This document shows, one piece after another, positions 36,991 to 50,345 of a stretch of 64,000 nt of DNA. This stretch comes from Bugula neritina (lineage: Eukaryota; Animalia; Bryozoa): positions 5,685,929 through 5,749,928 of the forward strand of contig OZ037769.1 of assembly GCA_964035545.1 (NCBI GenBank). Reading direction: 5' to 3'. Positions within the stretch are counted from its first letter, which is position 1. Every line of letters starts with the position of its first letter. The notes under the pieces were generated by a model. That model had not been told where the DNA came from. It saw nothing but the letters and a program-made list of their open reading frames with translations, and ran no database searches. The position numbers and the translations under genes are program-made.

Positions 36991-39900
36991 TTTCCATTTG
37001 TATGAAATCCAGTTAGTATCCATTCTATGCATGGGGGCTTAGTGTATTATAATAACATGCAATCAATACAAATTGATATAACTACATGTACCAATACCAG
37101 AAAGCCTTAAAAACAAATTATTACTGCATTAAACTCTATTTCAAAATAAGTAGAACTACTAAAATGACCTGCTTTAACTCTCTGTTTAAAACTAACATTG
37201 CTACATGATGCAAGAAAAACTGTTGGTGAAACTATAGTTAAAATTGTTTCTATAAAGCCACCTATTAAGTTTCAAATGCATTCCAAACATGCATCACGTA
37301 ATATCCTCCCACCAAGACTAAAAACCGCAACTTAAAACGGCAACAGGAGCCTTCTAGACAGCTGCAATAGTATACTAACCAGCCATAATAACAAAAGAAG
37401 ACAATTGTAAGAGGAAAACATCATAAAAGCCTAGATACAGCAACCATACAAGTATGCAGAAAGTAATAGAAATGAAAATGCAACAATTGTAAGCCGGTAC
37501 AAATGAACTCATTGAAAAGAACAAATTTCTGCACACAATATATATCACAGAAAACACTAGAACATGCTAGAATGTATGATTAAAAGATGCAATCTCTAAA
37601 ATTAGTATTATATATTATACAAGCCCAAACTACTTATACTCTATGCAACAGGAATATAAGTTAATTAGTTTGAGTTGACACTAAAGAAAACACCCATTAT
37701 TCATTATTTCATGGTAATTAAATATATCATTTAAAGACTAAAACAATAATATGACGGTACATATTGTAATATGTTTTGCTTTATACCATCACAACAGAAT
37801 TCTTTACTTCATTTTTGCCTGAATATTTGATTATATGTTATTTATTGTGTTTTGCATAATGTATATACGAACATTGGCCAAAATTTCAAAACTTCAATTA
37901 TAACATACTGAGGAGTTCCAAATAAAACTTTTGAAACATACGTGTTTTAATTGATACATAAAAACCTATAATTATTATGCAGTTAACTAATCGATCCGAA
38001 AATAAAGTATGTGCTAAATTATAAAATTATAATCACATTTGTCTCTTAGTGAACATGTTGTATGGTATGAAAACTCCAAATGCAAGAATTGATCTGTATT
38101 CTATATATAGCACTATTGTTTGCAGTATGCTTACAGTTATTGTGGTACATTTATGATAAATTTGGACAAGTTTTAGCATTGCAATACACACCTCATCGGA
38201 ACTGCTTTATGAATCTGACAATCAGTTATGCGTTTAAGTAAATATTTTTGAATTGTACTTAAAACATTTTAATCTAATACAATATCAGCAATTTTCTAAT
38301 ATAATGCCACAAGTTTAAGGTCAGCTGGTAATAAAAAAGTTACTGTGGCATTGCGTAAGCTCTTAAAAACTTGTTTTACACTTCCATTTTAGCAATTTAA
38401 GTAAGAAGCACTCGGAACACAAATATATCCAGTACAGTTTAGGTACATGGCATTTCCATTATTGTTAAATTATAATTAAGGTATAAGCTTTATCTTCGTA
38501 ATCTTGCAGTTTTGTTTTGACTATTTAAAACTGGATATGGCAATAAGTTATATGTAATGTTTAAAATGCAATTTAAAATTATGTCATATTTATTTGAATG
38601 CCACTTAAGTATGTATATATAGACACTTATCCTTCGTATCAAGCTTTTAACTTATGCTTAGAATTTAATCATCAATGTTTTCCCAAATAATAATCTGTTC
38701 CAAGAAATTTATTTATTGCATTTTTCAAGATACCAGTTCAATTTCTGGGACATACAATGGCTTATATGTGTTGAATCGACAGAGATATAATTAATATGCT
38801 CTAATACATTGCTTACTGATTGCAATATATTCTTATAAATCGCCTCCCAAGCATATATTTTAGTGTACCTACTGTTTTGTGTACTTTTTTCTACTATATT
38901 GCCAAGCCTTTCGCATACACCTATGTAGCAAAAGTTGGCAACACAGTTATATAAAAGAAACACTACATCAGCTGGCTATGTTCCCAGGGAAACTGTTTTA
39001 TTGTCATGATTAGGCAATGCATCCATGCTTCACGCATATTTCTACACAAATAATGTTACTGTTAAGAAGACACTTTTTATTCAACTAGGACTTATACTGA
39101 ATATAAACACGAAGTCAAAAAAGTTAAAGCTTAGTTGTATTTGAAATGTTTAGATATATGGCATTATAGGCATTATAAAGGTAAATAATAGTATAACTAC
39201 TAGTTGAGCTGACATATGTACGTTATTTGAAACTGCTTATATTTTTTTTAAATTTACATTTTACAACTTGAAAATACCAATTGTAAGAATTTGATGTACT
39301 TAATTGAAATAAAATAAGCTGCGTGCCAGGGTATTAAATGAAAACTGAACAACTATATATTTATATCTGCAATGCATACAGCAGCTGGACTAGAATATTA
39401 TATATCTTGCTGCATATAAAGATTCTGAAATTTTTCACATGGTTTCAGCGTTAGTGTACCTTAAAACATTGCTACCAGGAAAAGTATGGATACATACACC
39501 TGTAATCTGACACTTTGACATTCATGCATCAGCAAAACTGTTTATAACAAAAATAAACATGATATGTTTTATAACAAAAATAAATCTTATTTAATTAGGT
39601 TCAAACATGTGCATGCTAATTCCTATCACCGAACTTCCTCATGAAGAGATACTTGCTATGAAGCATTAAAAAATTCCCCGAAATTAAACCCTTTCAGTTT
39701 ATCAATTCATGGAACCAGATTAAAATTTTATAGTGGCTTATATCTTTCTAAAGTGTTGATGTATACGTGACTTGAAGCATCTATACCTGTGTAAAGAGTC
39801 ATTTGGGGATTTACAACAGTTTCCTTAGCCTAGATGATGTGGGTATCACTGCTTAAAACAGTTTCTTATTCAGCTATAAAGTAGAAATTAGTTTAGTGGA

Positions 39901-40792
39901 GCAACTGACCATTATCTAAGCATGATTTGAATGCTAGCTTCAATTTTATAATAATTCTAAGCAACTATCTACAAAAAACCAAATTGGATGTATCACTCAT
40001 TCATGATTAAATATTGCTACTTTGTCTTAAATATTTTGCTTTCATTGCTTTTATAACTCTGTCCAATGCTTACTTTATGATATAAAACTTTATATGCTAA
40101 TAATTATTATAATAATTAATATAATAATAATTAATATAGTGTCTTTATTCACAACAACATATCAAAAGAAGGTGTAAACTAATATTATAATATGCAGCAA
40201 TACTAAACAGCAGAGGTAATTTATATATGCAGGTTATTATTAGAATGGAAGAGGGCAACACTAATAAGGTGTTTCTCAATGAATTTGGGCAGACATTATA
40301 ATGTGTGATAAATCCTAATGCATAAAATTCAAATACTGTTTAGCTATAATGATGGAAAAATCGAACCATCAGCAGTTAGTAATAAATTAATTGCAATTTA
40401 AAGTACTAGAATCTTTGCTTGGGACACACATTTGCCATATTTCTTTCAAAATAATATTTTCATAACAATAATAATCAATATTCAATAATCATTACTCAAT
40501 ATTTTCTAATCAATACTCAATAACTTGATTATAGGAAGGAATTATTCAATATCTAGAAGCGATCAACAAAAGGCAAGGTTAAAAAGTATTTCATTTCATA
40601 ATTAACAATATCAAAAATACAAATATTACAAATTTCATGATATTTCATAAATAATAAAATAAAATATTTGCATAATAAGAATACAAACAGGTAAAAAGTG
40701 AAAAATAACATGAATAATGATCTAGCCCAAATATAAAGGAAGCATAACTACTGATTGCATAGTTTTAATTACAAGTAATGAAAAATGTGACC

Positions 40793-43700
40793 TTATTCTC
40801 TGAGCAAAGTTGAATATGTTAGGGGTTTGCTACTTCCTGGCACTGTTTTAGTTAAATTCAGCATATTTGATTTGAAGTAGGCAATGAGGGCAGCTACTGT
40901 TGGCCAATGCTGTAATACATATATAACACATTATATTACATAATAAGTATATTATTATATTACATATCAGATCTATAACAAATCTATGTATGTGTCTATA
41001 ACCGTGCTAGATTACATGCAGCTACTAGTTGCACAACAAATATAGTATAATTATTATTTAGAAAAAAAAAAATATATATATATATATATATCTAACACTG
41101 GTGTTTGTGTATGTTTACACACTCACGCGCACACACACATATATTATTATGTTAGATTTCACCACTAAAGAGAGCACGGTATACAATAGCATAACCCAAG
41201 AACTAGTCTCACCCGTTCTTCCGGTTTAGGTGCTCCAATAGCAAAGTCCCCGTCATCTCGGTGACGAATTGGAATATGGAACTCACTGGAGTTGTAAATG
41301 ACATCGAGCGTGTATGGTTTCTTAGGACCCTGTGTACTCTTGCGAACTAGGAAAGCTCCGTCGTGATGCTTTCTTTGTAGAAGGTTGGCAGCGTTGACTC
41401 TGCTTATATCAGACTTGTACCATGTGTAGTTGTATAGACCTCTGTCCTGCACTCAATATTTACATGTCATGTTGAGCAATATAATCAAATGTCCAGTTGA
41501 AAGAGTTGAAACACAATATTTATACAAGGAGAAAATGATTAACTCAAATCATTAGGCAAATTTCTAAGCATTTATATTTATAAGTTTATTTTACTAAGAC
41601 ATGCTCAATTCAAATCACTTATTTTAGTCTAAAACTAAAAAGTCTTTAGTCAACAGCTATCAACTTAAGGTCAAAAGGCTAAATGTAGCGCGCAGAGTCA
41701 AGTCATGCCCTTTTCTTTGTAGCCTAAGACTCTAAAAGGGATATTATTGGAATGTACACAGGAATCAGGCTAAGCATTTAATCCTTACTGCCGAGCCACA
41801 CATGTTAGCAATGGCTCTTTTAGATTCATCTTATCATAGAATAAAAAGATTATTGTGCAGATAACTCTAAAAAATAACTCATTACTCTGTGCTACACAGT
41901 CATATACATTGAACTATAATTAGTTATAGTTATAGTTTCAGTTCAGTGGTCATATATTAGCAAACTGAACACATCTCTTGTTTCATATACCATCATTTCA
42001 TAGCATAACGCAAATAATATAATTCACTAATATAATATAATAATATAATTCACTAATATCACTCACATCATCCATGCTTCTTCCTGTTGAATTACTTGCA
42101 TTGGAGCTTAAAGAATCTACAGTAAAATCATAGAAAATATTAGACACAGCAATAGCACAACATTACTGCAGTATACTATAATACTACTATTACCCTATAA
42201 AATACAACATCTCAGTATTCAATACTCTAGTCGTGCTGATACAAATGTGGAGTTGTCCCTTCACAATGTATATTTAAGGTTCTAGTTGTCTCCTCTATAT
42301 AATATAGGGTTAGAAGTTTAATACCACAATATACTTGTAGCTAATAATATTATGCACTTATTAGCATTATCACTATGCACAGGCTTAGCACGCAGGTGAA
42401 ACATAACTTGAAAAAGCTGTATCACCAAATCAAGCAGAGATGAAAAAAGCTAAGCTGAATCAGCGTAAAGCTGAAGCTAAAACCTAAGTTCTGCTGGCTG
42501 TATTTATGTCATTAAACAAATCTTTAGCATGTGGCCAACTTTTAATTACATTATTAAATAAGAATACAATACAGAGCAGAATAGGTTTAGCAGCTGTTTG
42601 CACACATGTCTAATTGTTATGAGTATCGAACTACATTGATGTAATACTGTGAGGTCTATATGCTGTTAATTGACATTACCTAGTCTAGGTCGCTCTGAGG
42701 TGGGTAACATGGGAGGAGTTTCACTAACTACAGCAGATTGAAAGGGGGTAGGATGAACTCCTCCTGCTTGACCTCTACGACCTGATAAATTACCAAATTT
42801 TCAATTTAAATTGTCTGCTAACTGAAAATAATTTATTAGTACAGTGCTCCTTCTGTCTCACTAAGCTGCGGGTCAGGAAAACTAGTAAATTTAACTCGCG
42901 GATTCGTTAAATTTGGCCATTATGTCCCTATGCACGCATACATAAATCGCAAAACAGGGTTCAAGCCCTTCTTATGACCTATGCAATTTCGTGAGAAAAG
43001 GAACCGTGAGAAATGGATGGAGCACAGTATAGATAATTAGAAGCGCAACTATTCAACACTTGTGGTAAAAGTGAAATAAAACCCTTTGGACATTAGTATT
43101 GTTTACCAATACCAATATTTCCAATGTAAAAAAACAAGAGCCTTCAAATCTACAAGTTTAAAGTGTTATAAATTGCGACATGAACTTATTTCTATTTCTT
43201 TTAGAGTGCTTTCCCATAGTTCCTTCTGTTTATGGGAGCTCAAGGAAGGGCAGAACTAATAATGTGTCAATTTCTTGCCTTTCTTACAAAGAACCTGTTG
43301 ACTCATAGACTCAGTTGTCACAAGACATCAATAATTGATTTCAAGCTCCCTTTTCCATTAAAACTTGCAGGTAGCATTTCAACATATTATTGTGAGGCAT
43401 AGAAGAATCAAATTGATGAACATAAACCGATGTATAATAGGATGAAAGTAAAAATTACATTTAATTAATATTTTATTAAAATAGAAAAATATAATTCTTT
43501 TCCCTAAACATTTTTGTTTATCCCCAATATTTAGTTTTTGAAGCTTGACGCAATAGTGAGAAAGTCCTTAGCCGGTTTTAAAAAACCTTTTCCCAAGGAG
43601 TTCTCACAGGGATGACGACTACATACTTGGGTGAGTTTGTTTTGATTTTTGAAGCTTATAAAAGGAAACAATGCAAGTTAAACTATAATTTAGTATTATT

Positions 43701-46700
43701 GAGTCTGCCTGTGGAATAAACTTAGAAAGAGAAGACAATTCCTTTGAGTAAAGAGGTAAGATTTCTAAAACATGAGTTATAAGAAAGCCAATCAAAAGAG
43801 AGAATCAATTTCCACTAGCTCAAAATCATATACTTCTCTTTTGATTCAGCTTAAAGCACCAAAACTAATAAAAACACAGCAAAGTTAAAAACCTGGTGGA
43901 AGAGGTGGTGCTTGTTTGTTGGGTGACGGGCTGTTCGCCGGGGGATTAGCAACCGGTCTCGGCGAAACTGGAAGTTGTGGTGCGTCTCTCTCGGGTACAC
44001 TAGCTGGCGTAGATTCTACTGCTTGCCTACGCTGCTGTATCTTTTCTTGCATCTGCTGAGTCAAATCCTGTCTAGACTTAGGTTCTGGGGGCTTCAGTCC
44101 ACCAAGGAGCTGAGCTTCAGACCGCTGGTTAATCAGTTTGGCCCTCTCCTTAATACTGAGCCCGCTGGTATCTATTGGATCTGCTGTTGAGGCAGCAGGT
44201 ATGACTGGTTTCGCTGACGCAACAGCAGGCTTGACTGGCAACGTGACAGCAGGCTTGACTGGCAACGTGACAGCAGGCTTGATTGGCTTCGCTGCCGGTG
44301 TGACTGCTGAAGGGGTAGACCTGGGTTCAGGCAGCTTAGGCAATGTTTGTACCTTCCTATCTCCATTTGGCAGACTATGATCATTGTAGCTGTAGGAAGC
44401 CAGCTTTTTCTTCTGCTCGGAAGGTGCAGGGGAAGGTGCAGGAGCAGGTGCAGGTGTTTTGACCGGCTTGAGGGTGACAGAACGAGGAGAAGTGCTGAAA
44501 GGGGGTTTTTGACCTTCAAGTATAACAATAACATCTACAGCTTAAAAAAAATATAAGGCTATAATGAAAAACAAGTTCACTTTTTTGGCAATTTTTGATT
44601 ATTTACGAGCCAGCTACGGTTCTATAAAGCATAATAACCAAAACTAATAACACCACTTTTTTTTCGATTGAACATCTTTCTGTAAACAAATTTTCTGAGG
44701 TGCTACAATCTTTCTGTTGGCACAAATTAAATAAAAAGACTAAACCCTGGTATTACTTGAGATCTACTCACTCTATTGTCACATGCAACAAAGAAGTGCT
44801 TAACCTTCCAATAATAACATTTCTCATTTCCATTAGGCTTAAACAAAATTATCATTGCGATATTATAAATCTGTGATACTTTTAGGCTGAGATTTCGATG
44901 TTGTATAATATGAGTTTATGTTATTTTATATGTCATTCATAAATAAGAAAGAAAGCAACTCCTAACATGGCCACTTACTGAAGATTTTTGTGGGGATAAA
45001 TTCATTCGTATACCACAAACAACTAACCTGGAGAAATAGAACCTCTGCTATCATCATCTGCACCGGGAGGCAAAGGCAACGGCCCGTGGCGGCCTGAAAC
45101 AGTTAGATATGCACACAACCTGTTTGTATTTTACTGCTAATAGATTAAATTTAGCATATTGATAAACAAAAAAATGGCTGAATGAGTGAACAAAGTTTAT
45201 CCTCTGTGAGTAGGTGAAGTGACATAATATTTGTATTAAACATGTTGAAATTTTGTAAAACCTGCCCTCAAAAATTATTCCCCAATACGATTTCCAGACC
45301 ATTATTGAGTGTCTAATTTGGAGTTGTGTGCCTAAAATTTGACTGCCGATCTAGCAATGTATTAATATATATGAAAAATTTACACATATATATACAACGA
45401 CATACATATGTTATGGTGATCAAATCTAAAGGCAATATATTATTATCATACTTTAAAATAATATGTTGGGATAAATTTACAATAAACTATACAACATAAT
45501 GTATATGAAATATTTATTTAACATTAACAACTCACCAACGCGTGGTACAGGTTCACCCAACTTTGGGGGAGGGGCAGGAGGGTTCATAGGGCTAGGTTCT
45601 CCAGAGTCTACTATTTCATCTACAGTTAACATAATGCTGGTCAACAACCACTACTACCATACAACCATACTACCACTACTACCATACTACCACTACTACC
45701 ATACAACCATATTACCACTACTACCATACAGCCACATTACCACTACTGGGATACAACCATATTACCACTACTACCATACAACCATATTACCACTACTACC
45801 ATACAACCACCATGCATTATAAAATAGTACTTATTATATAAAATCTACACTGTATACTATTATTCATGTAATAATACCAGCAGTACAGAACTTCTACTTA
45901 CAGGTTTCCTGCTCTGGTGTACTGGGTTTAGGTGGAGAAATTCGACTCATGGGTGGTCTAGCAACAGGTGGATCTATAACGCAACGCAACATATTCATAA
46001 TTACTTCTACCAGGGAAGTTTACAGCTAAGAAACACATTACTTTCAGGTGTAACAACATCGTCTCAGAGTTGATCATTTCTCAACTATTTACATTAGCGT
46101 ATACCTTGAACACTAGGGTAGATAACTCTAACATAGATAAAAAATTGAACAAAATTTCTAGACACTAACAGCCCCAAATGTCTGAAGAAAACTAGAATGA
46201 CATATACAGGTGAAGATGTGGAAAAAACTTCACTTTGAACTATTTTTTGCCTATAGCTATTATAAATGACGGAATTTGTATGCCAGACAAAGAATTTAAA
46301 TAAAATTTACATTCATGCCAGTTAACACCTCCACCTGCAGCTTCTTTTCAGAGCACGGCTGTGTGACTTACCAAGAGACTGAGAGAAAGGCACAACTGGT
46401 TTTGTAGATATGTGATTGGACGATGGTATAGCAGCAGGGGGCCGCTGTCTCTGTCCGGGAATCTAATAACAAGCAAACTTTCACGAGCAATCTAACTCGC
46501 ACAACAAATGATGTATATTCTTTATCAACTTTCTACTGATTTATCCACCATAAAACTGCTTATTCCTTTTAACCGAGTAGTAAAAGTAACTTCACTGCTT
46601 AGAAATGTGTGCCTAATGCTATGAGCTCAGTGGTATGAGTTGTGTGTACCAGGAGTTGTTGATTTCTTTCTGAGAGAAAAGAAGGCGAAATGCAAGAAAT

Positions 46701-46973
46701 AATATATCTTTGCAGTACACCTGGTTTTGAGTAGGAAGTGAAACTTGCCGGAAATAAATAATGTAACAAAAACTAGATAGACCTCCAAGTAGAGAGAGAA
46801 AGAACTCACCTTGGGAGGTCCTGGGGCTTGACTCTCAGGCATTGAGGTGAGTTGGACACCTTTGCTAGGTCTGGCAGGCGGAGGGGGCCCTTCCTCGCCA
46901 GGAGCGGTTGGAAGAGGCCGATGAGAATGCTTGGATGGGGGAGGCTTGGAGGGGGGTGGTAACACATCTGGCT
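40793..46973 (-). CDS. Pro-rich adaptor with C-terminal SH2 domain, SLP-76/BLNK/CLNK-like (5' incomplete); exons 46810..46973, 46372..46462, 45902..45973, 45536..45619, 45028..45093, 43893..44534, 42680..42781, 42067..42116, 41213..41446, 40793..40909
   Basis: SH2 reads WYKSDISRVNAANLL..DGAFLVRKS..PYTLDVIY..FHIPIRHR..FAIG..HWPTVAALIAYF, which has the PYxLxVxY/IxIR pattern of the SLP-76 family. It is preceded by ~420 aa of Pro-rich sequence. All junctions are phase-compatible. Confidence 0.85.
42842..43027. mobile_element. Tc1/mariner(pogo)-like MITE
   Basis: TA|CAGTGCTCCTTCTGTCTCAC ... GTGAGAAATGGATGGAGCACAG|TA: imperfect TIRs with TA flanks. Confidence 0.65.
43553..43637 (+). mobile_element. 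SINE family A tail fragment
   Basis: Similar to 3589-3680. Confidence 0.55.
45646..45812. repeat. 25-bp minisatellite (ACCATACAACCATATTACCACTACT)
   Basis: Tandem units adjacent to the acceptor at 45620. Confidence 0.9.
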
Positions 46974-49823
46974 CTACAAAACAGGGGACCAGATGAAGAG
47001 CTGTAGGAATTGCTCATAGCTGAAAGAATCTGGTTACCAGTTGCCCTAACCTTGACTTTGCAGTTCAGTAGAAAAACAAGAACACCATTCATCAAAATCC
47101 ATGACTTCAAGCTAAACAGTGAGCCAAAAACCAAAACATTGATCAGATGAGTGTACAAATTACTGTAATCAATTACCTAACTCTCAACTTAACCTGAAAG
47201 TAAATTACATTACACATTATCGTTTAAAATGTGTATAAAAACATATCTAAGTGAGTAATCCTTGTTAATATATGAGTCAATTTTCCTTAACCACTTAGTG
47301 AACCAACTACACAATACATAGATCTTAATGTTTTACACACCATATTATGTGTGCCTGGTGTATTTATTGACGTAGGTAAATTTCCACAAGTCTAGGGATT
47401 AAGTTTTTTAATTACCAAACAATAGTTCACTGTATAATGGATAGAAGTGCAATATTCTTTACAATAATAACAAAGTAACCAACTGAACAGAGAAAACAAT
47501 GGAGTTATGGTGAAACTGTAGCACAATGGTATAACCTGCACTTAAAACTTGCAAGTAGAATCTCCCAGAGTACCTTAGATAAAACACTACTCATGTAATA
47601 TTGTTAATTATTGTAAATACCAGCTTCTTGCATAATAGCAATTACTCCATTTATAAAGTTGCGTTTATACCTTTGCTGAAAAAAGTTCCGAGTTTAAGTT
47701 AATAATGCTTGTCTAGGTACCCCTTTAGTATTATAGTCAAACCGAAAATCATCGAAATCATATTGTTGCGGAAGCTTACTTTCTAAAAATAAAATCTTTT
47801 GTAAATGTCGTGAATTAGTGGAGTTGACAGCATAAAATCGATAATTGAGAAGGGGTAGGCGATATAATTATGTCATCTAATCGCCAAAATCATAACTAAA
47901 TAACAATGTTTACAAAGAGTTATTACTCCTTTTGAGTATTATTCTGAAATCACCGATTAAGTTATCACAGTACAAAAATTTTGATGAGTGGCTTTTACAA
48001 TGCAATGCAACCTTAGGGTCAGTTTTCATAATACCTAGTCCTATATTGTACTGCAAACTGCCATGCTTTTACCTGCGAATTGAAAGTAGATCATCAATTT
48101 TACACTACCTTATAACAACTAGTATTTTAAGATAGGGGTATTAACTTAACAGGCTATCAGCACTTATTGACACAAAGGAGATAACTCCTTACAACTAAAT
48201 ACTACTCACTCAGTCCACACAGTGTTTGATGAAATAACGTTATAACCAGTTTGACTGGCCGTAAATATAAGAACAACAAAATCCATTCGGGTGAGAGCTG
48301 GAATAAAATAAGCGATGAAGGTCTTTCCTGTCTTGTTATCAATTTCAACAATGAATCATGAAATCTGTATACATTGGCAGTGTAACCATTCCATGACAAT
48401 ATTCCCATATCCACACCTTTCAGGTATATGAGAAGGTGTGCTAACCTTTAATATGAAATGAATTATTTGCAGGTGAATTCTTAAGCCAAACTGTAATTCA
48501 GGAGGTACCAGAGGAAAGCGGAATGTTTCACCCCTCTACTCCCCCAAGTACGTTGTAGCTTTCCATACTACTACAGGTTGTATTGCTTACATGTACTACT
48601 ACTGCTAGGTAACTAATCTATTTTCTTTATCTCATTCTCAGTTGCAATACTATAGCAATATTCTACACTTACTAACCCTCTCTAACTTTCTACCAAAAAC
48701 ATTGTGATAATAATACCGAGTGAGGCATACAACACTGCATAAAATAGGAGAAAATGCTTCAACAAAGATTTATGACTTCCACCATAAACTTAATTCAAGG
48801 ATTAAATAAACTGATGGGCATTATAAGCAATACTTTAAATTGATGAACTTGAAAAAGTTGAGCTACAACTGTAATGAATTAAGGCTAGGAGTGAGTCGAA
48901 AGAAGTCACCCTGAAAGGCAGGTCTTCCGGATGCAAGAATCCACCAATCAGACTCAAAAGTATCATTCCAAATTTCTCAATCTATGAAAGTTACACAAAA
49001 TAAATCAAGAACTGGGTAATGTGTGCATCAGTGTTATGTTGGTCAACATAATCAGTGAATCTTCACAAAAATCCCCACAATTACAGCCCTGAACTTCAAC
49101 ATACTACACAACAAGCAGTTTTATTGGTGGGACAACTCCATAAAACTCAAAAATATTACTTTTTTTCATCTCCTTCATACTTGGAGCAATACTATATTAT
49201 ATACTATATAGAATGTAACCAGCCAGCAATAGTACTGTTACTTATTAGCAAACAGATACACTTTAATCTGGACACAGAGGGTACTATAACTGACCCCCAC
49301 CAATAGTAAAAACAGAAAGTTGGGATAATTCCATCAAACATGACCTCAAGGGGGTCAGTAATGTAGACCAGCAAAAAACTCCCAGCAAAAAACATAAACA
49401 TAAGATTTGGTTAAAGATTATTAGCAATTATCAAGTCCACAAACACATTAAAAATATTGAAGAGTAGAAAGCAGGTTGCTGATGGTATTAACACACATTA
49501 GGCAGTTGACTGTGGCTGCACATGTCACATTTCCTGATTAATCTGACTGTATTGATGGGTGAGATTATCAACCTGAGTCACATTTAACACCTTAATTAAC
49601 AAGTTAAGTATGATTGAGCTTTAGGGTAAGATATACATTAGGCTTGTAATAGGAGTAACGCAATAATCCCTCTAGCTGATCCGTACATTTGCGTATGGCT
49701 GTCCTAATAGTAAATAGTAGTAGTTACTAAGCTGAATGAGTCATAACGCGAGAACAATATGAGGAGACAACTCTCATGAGTCACAACAAACTCATGATTC
49801 GTTATAGTAAATATGATTTAGTA

Positions 49824-50161
49824 CAGGGGTGTCCAACCTTTTCAAACCGAGGGCCACAGAAATGAAATATTTCATGGTGAGAGCCACATTGTAAGCTTCA
49901 GCTTGTGCTGGGGGCCACAGCATCAGTATTTTTCAAACTACTTTATTCCAAAACTTTATGAATCATTACACAATTAAGTCTCAATAGTTACTGCCAGCTG
50001 CATTTTTGTGTTATTTGTATAAATAAGGCATTTAAAAGGTGGCTTTTCACTTTAATTCATGTGAACATTAAAAAATTATTTTAGCTTTATGCCTTCGAGG
50101 GCCACATAAATGTAGGCTGGGGGCCACATCCGGCCCTAGGGCCGCCTGTTGGACAGCCCTG
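49824..50161. mobile_element. hAT-superfamily MITE (338 bp) with a perfect 8-bp TSD
   Basis: TIRs CAGGGGTGTCCAAC / GTTGGACAGCCCTG. ATTTAGTA is duplicated at 49816-49823 and 50162-50169. Internal GGGCCACA motifs are repeated. Confidence 0.92.
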
Positions 50162-50217
50162 ATTTAGTAGATTATAACTTACATAAAACTTGTGATAACT
50201 ATGAACTAATATAAAAG

Positions 50218-50345
50218 CTATAGTCACTATCCGTGTGGCAACCCCTGATGGCAAGGGGTTTTTCACAGCGAGCTAAGGACTTATTCATATGTGGCAATGC
50301 AGGAGCAATTTAGACTAACATCACTAATGGCCTATAATTACTGTG
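50218..50345 (-). mobile_element. SINE family A fragment (inverted)
   Basis: Reverse complement resembles 3555-3662 (AATTGCTCC, GTCCTTAGC, GGTTGCCACACGGATAGTGACTATA). Confidence 0.5.

Noticed and set aside
43975-44556. Plus-strand and alternative-frame ORFs over the large Pro-rich exon
   Set aside because: Shadow ORFs of GC-richer coding sequence.
4589-46973. A coordinated immune gene cluster (lectin receptor, protease inhibitors, zinc transporter, SLP-76-like adaptor)
   Set aside because: Animal gene neighbourhoods rarely imply a pathway, housekeeping translin is interspersed, and no shared regulatory motif is seen. Conserved synteny and co-expression would be needed.
48910-48981. 72-nt candidate exon of the SH2 gene
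   Set aside because: It has AG/GT ends but is open only in phase 0, incompatible with the phase-1 acceptor at 46973. It may be UTR or chance.
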